Origin: Coriobacteriales bacterium | GTDB taxonomy: Bacteria; Actinomycetota; Coriobacteriia; Coriobacteriales; UBA8131 | DNA: 64,000 nucleotides | Direction: 5' to 3' | NCBI GenBank assembly: GCA_031256715.1 | Contig: JAIRQA010000012.1 | Coordinates: 525 to 64,524, forward strand | In this document: in pieces, positions 55,001 to 61,195 of the stretch | Numbering within the stretch: position 1 is the stretch's first letter | Layout of the letters: every line of letters begins with the position of its first letter | Notes under the pieces: model-generated | Databases searched by the model: none | Told to the model about the DNA's origin: nothing | Seen by the model: only the letters and a program-made list of their open reading frames with translations | Position numbers and translations under genes: made by a program

Positions 55001-56745
55001 TGGCAATTATTAACACATCTGGTTCTACGGGCGCACCAAAAGGTATACAGCTAACCAACGAGGGAGTGGTTAACTGTTTGCTTTGGAGCAAAGAAGCATT
55101 TAGTATAGACGAAACCAGCTGCGTGCTGGCAATAACAAATTTCGCCCACGACATGGCGCTATATGATACGCTTGGGCCATTGCTTTCGGGCGCAAGCCTT
55201 GCAGTTTTAGATGAGCAGACACGCCGCGAACCACGTGCTTGGGCAAAAACTATGGATGTTTGCAATGTGACTTTTTGGAATTCAGTACCGGCGCTAATGC
55301 GTATGTTGCTTGAGGTGGCAGGCCCTATAAGCGCAAACGCGCTGAAGTCGCTGCGTTGCGTAGTGCATGGTGGAGACTGGCTAGACCCTGCCTTGGCGCG
55401 TCAGATAACAGAAACGTTTCCCAATGTTCGCCTATTTAATGTTGGTGGTCCTACAGAAACAACTATTTGGAATATCGCTCATGAGGTTACCGACGACGAC
55501 ATTCAAAGTGGCGTTATTCCTTATGGGCGCCCAATCTGGAACACCAAATATTTTGTGCTTGATGACCGCATGAACCTTTGCCCACCTGAAGTGGCTGGCA
55601 TTATGCATGTTGCCGGCGTTGGGGTTTCTGCAGGTTATATAAATGCAGTTGCGCTTAATGATGTCGTCTCTGACGATGTTGCCTCTAAAGATGTTGTCTC
55701 TGACGATGTTGCCTCTAAAGATGTTGTTGGTACTTTAACTACCGCAACAGATCTTGATGCAAAAGACAATGGTTCTTGCGATGAACCTCAGGTCTTTACG
55801 AACTTAAATGGAATGCGCGTCTGCTGCACTGGCGATCGCGGAATGTATTTGCCTAGCGGTGAGCTGCGCATTTTGGGTCGCGCCGATTTGCAAGTTAAGG
55901 TTAATGGAAAGCGCATAGAGATTGGCGGTATAGAGCGCCTTTTAAATCAGATAGATGGCATAAGCGCAAGTGCCGTAGTTGTAAATGAGGCTGTTGGACG
56001 ATTGATCGCCTATTTCATTGGCGATACCAATGATGCCATTATTCCCGAGGATGAAATTCGCTCGCAACTGTCGTGCTGGCTGCCAGCCTACATGATACCA
56101 ACGCGTTTTATTGCCATTGAACAGATGCCACTAACACGCAATGGCAAACCAGATCGCAAGGCATTAGCTAAGTATGAATTGCCTGGACACAGTTGCTCAG
56201 ATCATAGCCGTGAGGCTGCACTGCCTAAAGCAGCGGAAATTAAGAGTGTGGCAGCTACAGAGAATGCAGAACAGCTTACGCCTGCTATTACGAAAGAACA
56301 GCTTACGCCTGCTACTAGGATAGAGCAACAAACTTCAGTCACTGCGATAGAGCAACAAGCGTCTTTTGCATCGTTAATTTCTTCAAGCTCGTTAGACGCC
56401 TTAGCTGATACTAGCTTGGCAGAAGCTTCTGCAGCAGATGAGCTTGCATTTTTAGGCAAAGCCGGCAATGACGCTGCAGTTTTGTCATCAAACAAGAACG
56501 TAAATGAAGAGGCAGAAAATCGCTTTAATGATGTTTTATTAAAACTGGTGACATTTTGTCGCGAATCAATTGGCGATGAGACAATCCAGCCTGACGACAA
56601 CTTCTTTGCTATTGGTGGCGACTCGCTTACAGCAATGAAGATCGGTGCTTGGGCTTACGATCAATTTGGACGCGAACTTACGGTAGTGCAAATTATGGCA
56701 CAGCCCACAGTTAGAGAGTGGGCTGAAATCCTCTGTGATGAATAA
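49066..56745 (+). CDS. non-ribosomal peptide synthetase, ArCP-Cy-A-T-Cy-A-T (2559 aa)
   Basis: ArCP at about 49108-49305 (GMNSLAIM, Ser codon 49189). Cy1 at about 49519-50865 (PFALTDIQRAYFIGR; DLLVCDVQS = DxxxxDxxS at 49924-49950). A1 at about 51013-52620 (TSGSTGTPKG, FDLSVYD, LSGDWI, GGATEAAVWS, YRTGD, GRRDFQVKVKGHRIELGEIE, NGKLDRK). T1 at about 52663-52881 (GGNSL, Ser 52765). Cy2 at about 53161-54465 (PFALTALQRAYLIGR; DGILMDGWS at 53560-53586; IVFTST). A2 at about 54508-56163 (TSGSTGAPKG, HDMALYD, GGDWL, GGPTETTIWN, TGD, GRADLQVKVNGKRIEIGGIE, NGKPDRK). T2 at about 56518-56730 (GGDSL, Ser 56623). No TE, R or terminal C domain. Confidence 0.95.
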   Translation: MQSVDTCEIADDTCEIADIIHKHTLPYGGKDETNLIKAGMNSLAIMRLANQLRRQGARKVTFSKLMVEPTRCAWLKLAGANVSSATCEVFATTTAPSTLTIAAAEQTAVTNEQTTAPSTPTIATAEQTAVTNEQTTASNEATIATTSKDDFQPFALTDIQRAYFIGRQDGIPMGGNGCHAYLELHGQNVDPKRLQDAWQMLFNTHAMLRAYFTDDGKQCISEQASPSASELVVCNLSMLEPTRAQQEFMAIREKLAHRRLDVASGQTCGLCLVLLPNSLTRVCFDIDLLVCDVQSFQILLRDLAAAYADASLPLADPAWSFASYLAHEDVLAKAASLEREQDAAYWQARISNLAHGPKLPTVVDPDTVFSPHYTNYAHQVSSEAYEALKHHANARGATVAMVLLTAYAQIIAAWSENQRFLINMPVFARNTSVSGIEDVVSDFSDILLFEVNCQEPATFEERLKQISERFLQDMAHRSYNGIAVQRDIAAAGGPQMGLAPLVFACNLGEQLLTDVCLKHLGELGYMTSQTPQVQIDCQAFDHKQGLRLSWDVALELYPNGMCQTMFVAFCNFVEKLAASDDAWLAPIDVLPNEQRMRRKAELELMLEQSALDADLAPLRKELREGQTSGADLAPVREELREGQTSGADLAPLHAAFVVNVHSKPEAIALIDAQSGEKSSYRQLYLRAGAIAEYILSAGTQHGELVAICLKRGRDQVCAMLGICMAGCAYVPIDVSQPQSRKRLMAEKLMARYVLTSKSLADESTMFEHVLAIEDVAEVAEVAFEDSAEFAISQSRINDLVKKHMPQANDTAYIIMTSGSTGTPKGVEMSHGATWNTLSDVNSRLNVGVGDTMLAVSNYDFDLSVYDVFGILGAGATLVCMPDDARRDAARELDFVLRYKVTLWNTVPMLLDMLITEAESKKAELPLRVVMLSGDWIGLDLPQRLKNLAANCRFIAMGGATEAAVWSNWQEVNLPIPTHWKSIPYGRPLRAQCYRVVDACGNDRPDWAIGELLIGGVGVAKGYRGDEELTAAHFLQQDKTRWYRTGDMGRFWDDDTIEFLGRRDFQVKVKGHRIELGEIESVLVEHPDVLACALCVAQSSNQLIALVQPVAMHSDMGQPVAMHSDILEPSTNAIQPSTGHALDLDSLADFMAQRLPAYMVPSRFVLIDALPISANGKLDRKAIAALAQQAAETLRTDDDLPKTATEECIIQIWEEAMGIKNIGRNESYYELGGNSLIATRVIGVVRERLNINLTTADVFTHTTVAELARLIDERVSFSRHNNQPDSQPSSQSSSLPSSQQDNQISSQQKDYSKTRSIVQDTQDIQGIQDIQEAQNAQDTQDAITSAQLQASAAKLPELAAREDELDAPFALTALQRAYLIGRMKGMVLGGQATRAYLEVTVSNLDMSRLGAAMTELVKVQSALRISVDAASATQVINEKVPLVVIPLADVSYLNNDAYDEFLDNKREQMFNHEFDLSRPFLWMMEVTRRNDEWHIHFCHDGILMDGWSCERLFADLETLYHNGTFEVGISYRDYVYWLQEIHDSETYTKDEQYWLAKAQEFPETQALKPACLPEAITNPETAHVTRTISLDRFNAIKRAAASYEMTVFAAMLCAFGKALELNGGCHDFLINTPVAYRPLTSSNAQVNSDLYKLLGECSDYRLFHFSTLANETIAQTAKKVFAQLTDEGLHTAYRGSDLSRAMQQYSGASALAPIVFTSTAEVDLKPSTWYRKVASRTHTSQVWMDAVVMPIDQGIMLNIDYVDGLLEAGTPERVADAFVRALDLLVDEPGAWDKLTQLPLSPTEQELINQTNATDVLPVATTYAPLLRNAFSNYASKIAIKNVEKNLTYRELEQLTSCISAAIEAKLAEPAEPAELDAAPASVLDKDTRARIGIAVGKGAKQVAAALACAAGGYPFMPIDIEYPAQTIRACYLASKLAFVIVDSQTAHLVPEDVPTLNVCEALPKEGSITWRDACESDVLAIINTSGSTGAPKGIQLTNEGVVNCLLWSKEAFSIDETSCVLAITNFAHDMALYDTLGPLLSGASLAVLDEQTRREPRAWAKTMDVCNVTFWNSVPALMRMLLEVAGPISANALKSLRCVVHGGDWLDPALARQITETFPNVRLFNVGGPTETTIWNIAHEVTDDDIQSGVIPYGRPIWNTKYFVLDDRMNLCPPEVAGIMHVAGVGVSAGYINAVALNDVVSDDVASKDVVSDDVASKDVVGTLTTATDLDAKDNGSCDEPQVFTNLNGMRVCCTGDRGMYLPSGELRILGRADLQVKVNGKRIEIGGIERLLNQIDGISASAVVVNEAVGRLIAYFIGDTNDAIIPEDEIRSQLSCWLPAYMIPTRFIAIEQMPLTRNGKPDRKALAKYELPGHSCSDHSREAALPKAAEIKSVAATENAEQLTPAITKEQLTPATRIEQQTSVTAIEQQASFASLISSSSLDALADTSLAEASAADELAFLGKAGNDAAVLSSNKNVNEEAENRFNDVLLKLVTFCRESIGDETIQPDDNFFAIGGDSLTAMKIGAWAYDQFGRELTVVQIMAQPTVREWAEILCDE

Positions 56746-56753
56746 CAACTGCA

Positions 56754-57563
56754 ATGAATAACAGCTGCAAGGAAAAAATAATTGTAATGAATAACAACCA
56801 ACAAAAAGCCGCTATTCGCACAAACCCATGGGTGCTTTTCTCAACAGATTCTTTAATAGATGTTTCGGCACAGGTAATTTGTTTTCACGCTGCTGGGTGC
56901 CAGCCAACAGGCTTTGTAAGTTGGCGGCGATATTTTTCTAAGCAAGTTGCTGTTGTGCCCATTGTCTTGCCAATGCATGGCAGTCGTCTAAGGGAATGCA
57001 TGCCTTATAGCCTGCAAGAGATTGCCGGCAATTTTGTTGCCACGAGTTTAGAGCTATTCAGCCGCCCTACGATTTTGTTTGGGCATAGCATGGGTGCGAT
57101 GATTGCCTACGAGGTAGCCTGCTTGCTTGAGGCGCGTGGCAGATTGCCTTTGGCGCTTGTTGTTTCTGGGGCTCAGTCTCCAGACAGACGCGAGGTGGTA
57201 GATCGCACCATTGGGCTTACAGATGAAGAATTTCTTGATGTGTTGCGCGCCTATGGTAGCATCAGCGAAGAACTGCTGCAAAATCGCGAATTTTTAGATT
57301 ACTACTTGCCTGTTGCTCGCAGCGATTTTGCCCTATGCGAACGTTACAAGTGGCGGCGACAACCAGCGCTTATGTTGCCTATTCACACTTTTAATGGCGT
57401 GGATGATACCCATATTAGCAAGGATGGCATAGAGCAATGGAGCAGCTTTTCTAGGATTTGTTGTATGCATCATTTTTTTGATGGCGGGCATTTTTATTGC
57501 GACCAGAGCCCCGAAGAGGTGTGTGCGCGCATTGAAGCACTGATTAGAATGACATTACGATAG
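56754..57563 (+). CDS. type II thioesterase (alpha/beta hydrolase)
   Basis: GHSMGAMIAYEVA (GxSxG) and a C-terminal GGHFY, at about 250-270 aa as in YbtT/PchC/GrsT-type enzymes. Alternative start at 56787. Confidence 0.85.
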   Translation: MNNSCKEKIIVMNNNQQKAAIRTNPWVLFSTDSLIDVSAQVICFHAAGCQPTGFVSWRRYFSKQVAVVPIVLPMHGSRLRECMPYSLQEIAGNFVATSLELFSRPTILFGHSMGAMIAYEVACLLEARGRLPLALVVSGAQSPDRREVVDRTIGLTDEEFLDVLRAYGSISEELLQNREFLDYYLPVARSDFALCERYKWRRQPALMLPIHTFNGVDDTHISKDGIEQWSSFSRICCMHHFFDGGHFYCDQSPEEVCARIEALIRMTLR

Positions 57564-57787
57564 AAGAAAATGCTTTTGGCTTCTGGGCATTTTAAGCTAG
57601 GCATCGAAGCGCAGATTAGAATGAACTTACGTTAGACGTAAATGCTTTGGGCTTTGGGTATTTTGAGCCAAGCATCGAAGCGCAGATTAGAATGAGCTTG
57701 TGATAGACGTAAATTAGAGTGAACTTATGATGGACGTAAGTTAGAGTGAACTTATGATGGACGTAAGTTAGAGCAAACTTACTTTAG
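57529..57787. repeat. ~72-bp tandem repeat x2.6 followed by 27-bp repeat x2.5; the first copy is the 3' end of the thioesterase gene
   Basis: 72-bp units at 57529-57600 (includes ...RIEALIRMTLR-TAG, stop at 57561-57563), 57601-57671 and 57672-57713 (partial). 'ttagagtgaacttatgatggacgtaag' occurs at 57714 and 57741, with a degenerate copy at 57768. Confidence 0.9.
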
Positions 57788-57826
57788 ATGTTGATAAGAA
57801 TGAACACACGAGGAGAGATCAAAACA

Positions 57827-59278
57827 ATGACAATTACACAGACAGATGAGCACAAGGGCAGTACAGATTGTGCAAATCACGCAGCTACTGCAGAGCTAAT
57901 TGATCACACTGGCTTTATGGTTGACAACAAAGGCAATTCAATTTTTCAGGTACCATTTCAGGCACGCTATCCTGTGCAGGGCTTAGTTATCTTTGGTAAG
58001 GGCAGAACCGGCCGTCCCTTTTATGGAGGCCTTGGCGGTGGTTTGCTTGTAGAAGGCGATCTTGATCTTTGCCTTGTAGAAGAAGCGGTGCAGCGCCTGT
58101 TTGATGACATCGACAGCACGCGCATCATGTTTCCCGCATCACCTGATTTACCAATACATTATCGAATTCGCGATCATGTTAGCTTTAAGCTGGAAGTATT
58201 TCCTATTTATGAAGGCAGCTTTAAAGAAAGGGTTGCGGCGGCGGCTGCCAGTGAGTACCCGCACTTATCAACATTAAAAACTTATGTAGATGTTGCCTTA
58301 CGTGTTGTCGTTTACGATTTAGGCATAGCTCCAAGCGGCAAACATGGCTGGGTCATCGCTTTTTCTGCAAGTCATGTTGCGGTTGACGACCAAGGCATCT
58401 TTTTAGTGATTGATCAATTTATGGCCAACTATAGAGGCGAAAACCGCATGGTTGTGCACCAACATAGTCTTTTAGATTGCCTTAATTATATGAATGATAA
58501 CCCAGACTGCGATGACCCTGAGGCAAATCGTGCCTATTGGAGGCGCGAGATGCAGGGCTTTGTAACACCATCTTTACATGAAAGCAATCCCGATCGTACA
58601 ACGCCCATAGACCCCGCTGATTTAAAGTTTATGCTAGACACAGAGCAAGTAAAAAGGCTTGCGCTTGCCTGCCAGACAACTTTGCCATCGTTATTTATGG
58701 CAGCCTTGCATATTGGGATAGCTGCTGGCTTTAATTTGCGCGATTCGGCAATTTGCATGTTAACTGAGGCGCGCCCAAACTATATATTTTGGAATACGGT
58801 TGTGCATGGACTAATGTCAATGAACCATCGTATGCAAATTGAAGACAGCGAAAGCTTCTTAGAGTTCGCGCGAAGAACTGTTCTAAAAATGTCTTCGAAC
58901 TTGCAAAACCTTGCCAGTGAAGAATACGTTGGCGGCGCGGCACCTGTGTATTATACCTATGTTTCGCCGGTGAAATCTCCAAATCTTGGTGAGGGGCTTG
59001 ATTGCAAAACGTGGATGCCTGACCTCATTGGCGATGATGCCGGTTATTTGCCTTGGCCAGAGGTGGCAATTGTAGAGGGCGCAGACACTATGGAGTTTAT
59101 GCTCTTGGTGCTAGATCAATCCATTTGTTTCTTTACACCTAATGAGGCACGCGCTTTTGCCTATGGGGTCAGGCGCTGCCTTGAGCTTGCAATAGAAAAC
59201 CCTGGTGTTTTAGTAGCAGATATTGTTGAGAAGGTACAAACCGAGCTTAGGGCGAAGGGGGTGATAACAGAATTTTAA
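57827..59278 (+). CDS. free-standing condensation-domain-superfamily protein (paralog 1)
   Basis: HxxxD-type motif AFSASHVAVDDQGIF (58370-58390), aligning with the NRPS C3 motif (MHHxISDGWS). About 480 aa, a VibH-like size. The start was chosen at ATG 57827 (SD AGGAGAG at 57811-57817); the ORF opens at 57788. Confidence 0.6.
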   Translation: MTITQTDEHKGSTDCANHAATAELIDHTGFMVDNKGNSIFQVPFQARYPVQGLVIFGKGRTGRPFYGGLGGGLLVEGDLDLCLVEEAVQRLFDDIDSTRIMFPASPDLPIHYRIRDHVSFKLEVFPIYEGSFKERVAAAAASEYPHLSTLKTYVDVALRVVVYDLGIAPSGKHGWVIAFSASHVAVDDQGIFLVIDQFMANYRGENRMVVHQHSLLDCLNYMNDNPDCDDPEANRAYWRREMQGFVTPSLHESNPDRTTPIDPADLKFMLDTEQVKRLALACQTTLPSLFMAALHIGIAAGFNLRDSAICMLTEARPNYIFWNTVVHGLMSMNHRMQIEDSESFLEFARRTVLKMSSNLQNLASEEYVGGAAPVYYTYVSPVKSPNLGEGLDCKTWMPDLIGDDAGYLPWPEVAIVEGADTMEFMLLVLDQSICFFTPNEARAFAYGVRRCLELAIENPGVLVADIVEKVQTELRAKGVITEF

Positions 59279-59352
59279 ACATGCATAAGAACAACCTAGA
59301 GAATAAAAACTTGAATAATCAATTAACAAACAAACAACCTAAGGAGCAAGTA

Positions 59353-60702
59353 ATGAGTGAATTAAACTACTTAACCGACAATCGCGGGAACCAAGATTTC
59401 GACCTTTTTTATCAATGCACGTTTTTCTTAAATGGTATGGAGTACTTTGACACCGGAAGCAGTGGTCAGGGCTGGTATTCAGGTATAGGTATTGGCGTGA
59501 TTATAGAGGGCGAACCAGATTTGCCGCGTATAGAAAGTGTCATGCAGCGCCTCTTTAACGAGATTGATTCTCTGCGCGTTTGTTACCCGGCATCTGAGGG
59601 AGACATTACACACTTTAAAATTCGCGATAGCTATGATTTTAAGCTGGAACTAATTTGCCCAGAGGGTAAGACTTATGATGAGCGCCTGCAATTTGCTAAC
59701 GAGCAAGAGAGCCAATTTGTGTCTAACGTGGGCAATTTTGCCAACATTGCTTGCCGTGCTGTTATTTACGATTTGGGAGAAGGACCTAGTGCTGCCCATA
59801 CCTGGCTGTTGGCTTTAACCTTTAACCATATGATTATCGACGACCAGGGCTTGATCTTGGTTTGGGATCAATTCATGCGCTATTACCGTGGCGAGGATAA
59901 GCAAATTGCAAACACTAAGAGCCTGATCGACTATTTTAACTTCATTAACGAAAATCCCAATCTGTTTGACAAGGATGCCGTTGTCTCTTATTGGAAAGAA
60001 CAGATGAATGGTTATGAAACACCTGCGATGCGTGAGCCAGAAGGCATGGAAGCTTTGGCAACATTTTCACTGGCAGATTATGTAGAAAGCTATGACATTG
60101 CTCACCTTAAGCAAGTTGCGGCATCGTGCAAGGTGACTCTTCCGGCATTGTTTGTTTCGGCATTTCATATTGCTTTTGCTAAGACCTTTGCAGTTCGAGA
60201 CTCTGTGGTTACACTGGGCACAGAGGCTCGCCCAAACTTTGATTTCTGGTCTACAGTAGTGCATTCATTGGTATCAATGAATAATCGCATGGACATTAAA
60301 GAAGATGAGCTTTTTACAGACTTCGCCCATCGTACATTGGTAAAAATGTCTGAAAACATAAAGAACGCTCCGGACCAAAGATATGTAGGTGGCATTTCGC
60401 ACGTGGGCATTACATACGCAAGCCAGCCATCGTTGCCCAATTTGGGCGAGGGCTTAATATGTACACCTTGGATACCTGTTACAGCATTTGCTGATAGCAG
60501 AACAGAACCAAAGGAATTTGTTTTACCACCCAAGCAACTAATAATGGGTATTATCGAGCACGGCGAAGTGGTGCGCACAGAATGCGTCTTTACACCGTTG
60601 TCGTTTAGCATGGCCGACGCAAAAAGCATAAGCGATGGCATTAAGCGTTGTTTTACGATGCTTGAAGCAAATCCGCAGCTTACAGTTGGTGAAGTGCTGT
60701 AG
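59353..60702 (+). CDS. free-standing condensation-domain-superfamily protein (paralog 2)
   Basis: Roughly 35-40% identical to paralog 1 by eye along the whole length. Motif LTFNHMIIDDQGLI (59824-59844). The start was chosen at ATG 59353 (SD AAGGAG at 59341-59346); the ORF opens at 59281, 2 nt after the paralog-1 stop. Confidence 0.6.
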   Translation: MSELNYLTDNRGNQDFDLFYQCTFFLNGMEYFDTGSSGQGWYSGIGIGVIIEGEPDLPRIESVMQRLFNEIDSLRVCYPASEGDITHFKIRDSYDFKLELICPEGKTYDERLQFANEQESQFVSNVGNFANIACRAVIYDLGEGPSAAHTWLLALTFNHMIIDDQGLILVWDQFMRYYRGEDKQIANTKSLIDYFNFINENPNLFDKDAVVSYWKEQMNGYETPAMREPEGMEALATFSLADYVESYDIAHLKQVAASCKVTLPALFVSAFHIAFAKTFAVRDSVVTLGTEARPNFDFWSTVVHSLVSMNNRMDIKEDELFTDFAHRTLVKMSENIKNAPDQRYVGGISHVGITYASQPSLPNLGEGLICTPWIPVTAFADSRTEPKEFVLPPKQLIMGIIEHGEVVRTECVFTPLSFSMADAKSISDGIKRCFTMLEANPQLTVGEVL

Positions 60703-60705
60703 CTT

Positions 60706-60838
60706 CGTAGGGGCGCGCCTGTGTCAGGCAAAGTCGCACGTAGGGGCGACCTTCGGTCGCCCGTCTGTGTCAGGCAAAGCAGCTCCCGTAGGGGCGCGCC
60801 TGTGTTCGCCCGCTTGATGAAGTCGCGTTCGCCTGCCT
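60706..60838. repeat. REP-like array, family A variants (3 units)
   Basis: cgtaggggcgcgcctgtg..., cgtaggggcgacc-ttc-ggtcgcccg (60740-60763) and cgtaggggcgcgcctgtgttcgcccg. It starts 4 nt after the stop at 60702. Confidence 0.85.
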
Positions 60839-60851
60839 GTGCCAAACACAC

Positions 60852-60886
60852 GCAAAGCCGTCAACACTTTTTGTTGACGGCTTTGC
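60852..60886. terminator. perfect 15-bp hairpin between convergent operons (bidirectional terminator candidate)
   Basis: gcaaagccgtcaaca (60852-60866), loop ctttt, tgttgacggctttgc (60872-60886). The U-tract is weak on both strands. Confidence 0.55.
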
Positions 60887-60938
60887 TATTGATGCTCTAG
60901 GTACGAATGCCAATAATTGCGTACTCTTGCTTTAAGCT

Positions 60939-61169
60939 CTAAGTCGCGCGTCTTATTGCACTTATGGCAGCATTCGGGCAGCGGTCGATGCATTTCATGC
61001 AACCGGCACATGCCATCTCGCGACTACGATGCACACGACCGTCGCTACCTTGTTCAAGCACAGTTCCAAGTGGACAAAAACGCATACAAAGGGTACAACC
61101 TACGCACTTCTGGGCATTAATAACAATGCTCAGGCGATTTTCTAAGAACTCTCTTGGTGTGCCATACAT
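60939..61169 (-). CDS. 2x[4Fe-4S] ferredoxin-type protein
   Basis: Two CxxCxxCxxxCP motifs (CVGCTLCMRFCP, CAGCMKCIDRCP). 76 aa, 26 nt downstream of the oxidoreductase gene. Confidence 0.85.
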   Translation of the reverse strand: MYGTPREFLENRLSIVINAQKCVGCTLCMRFCPLGTVLEQGSDGRVHRSREMACAGCMKCIDRCPNAAISAIRRAT

Positions 61170-61195
61170 ACCCTAGTAACTGCTTTCTTAATGAC

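Noticed and set aside
60165-60851. A 228-aa minus-strand ORF overlapping the second condensation-like gene and the REP array.
   Set aside because: It is antisense to a gene with clear paralog support. Its N-terminal part is translated REP DNA, and it has no recognisable motifs.
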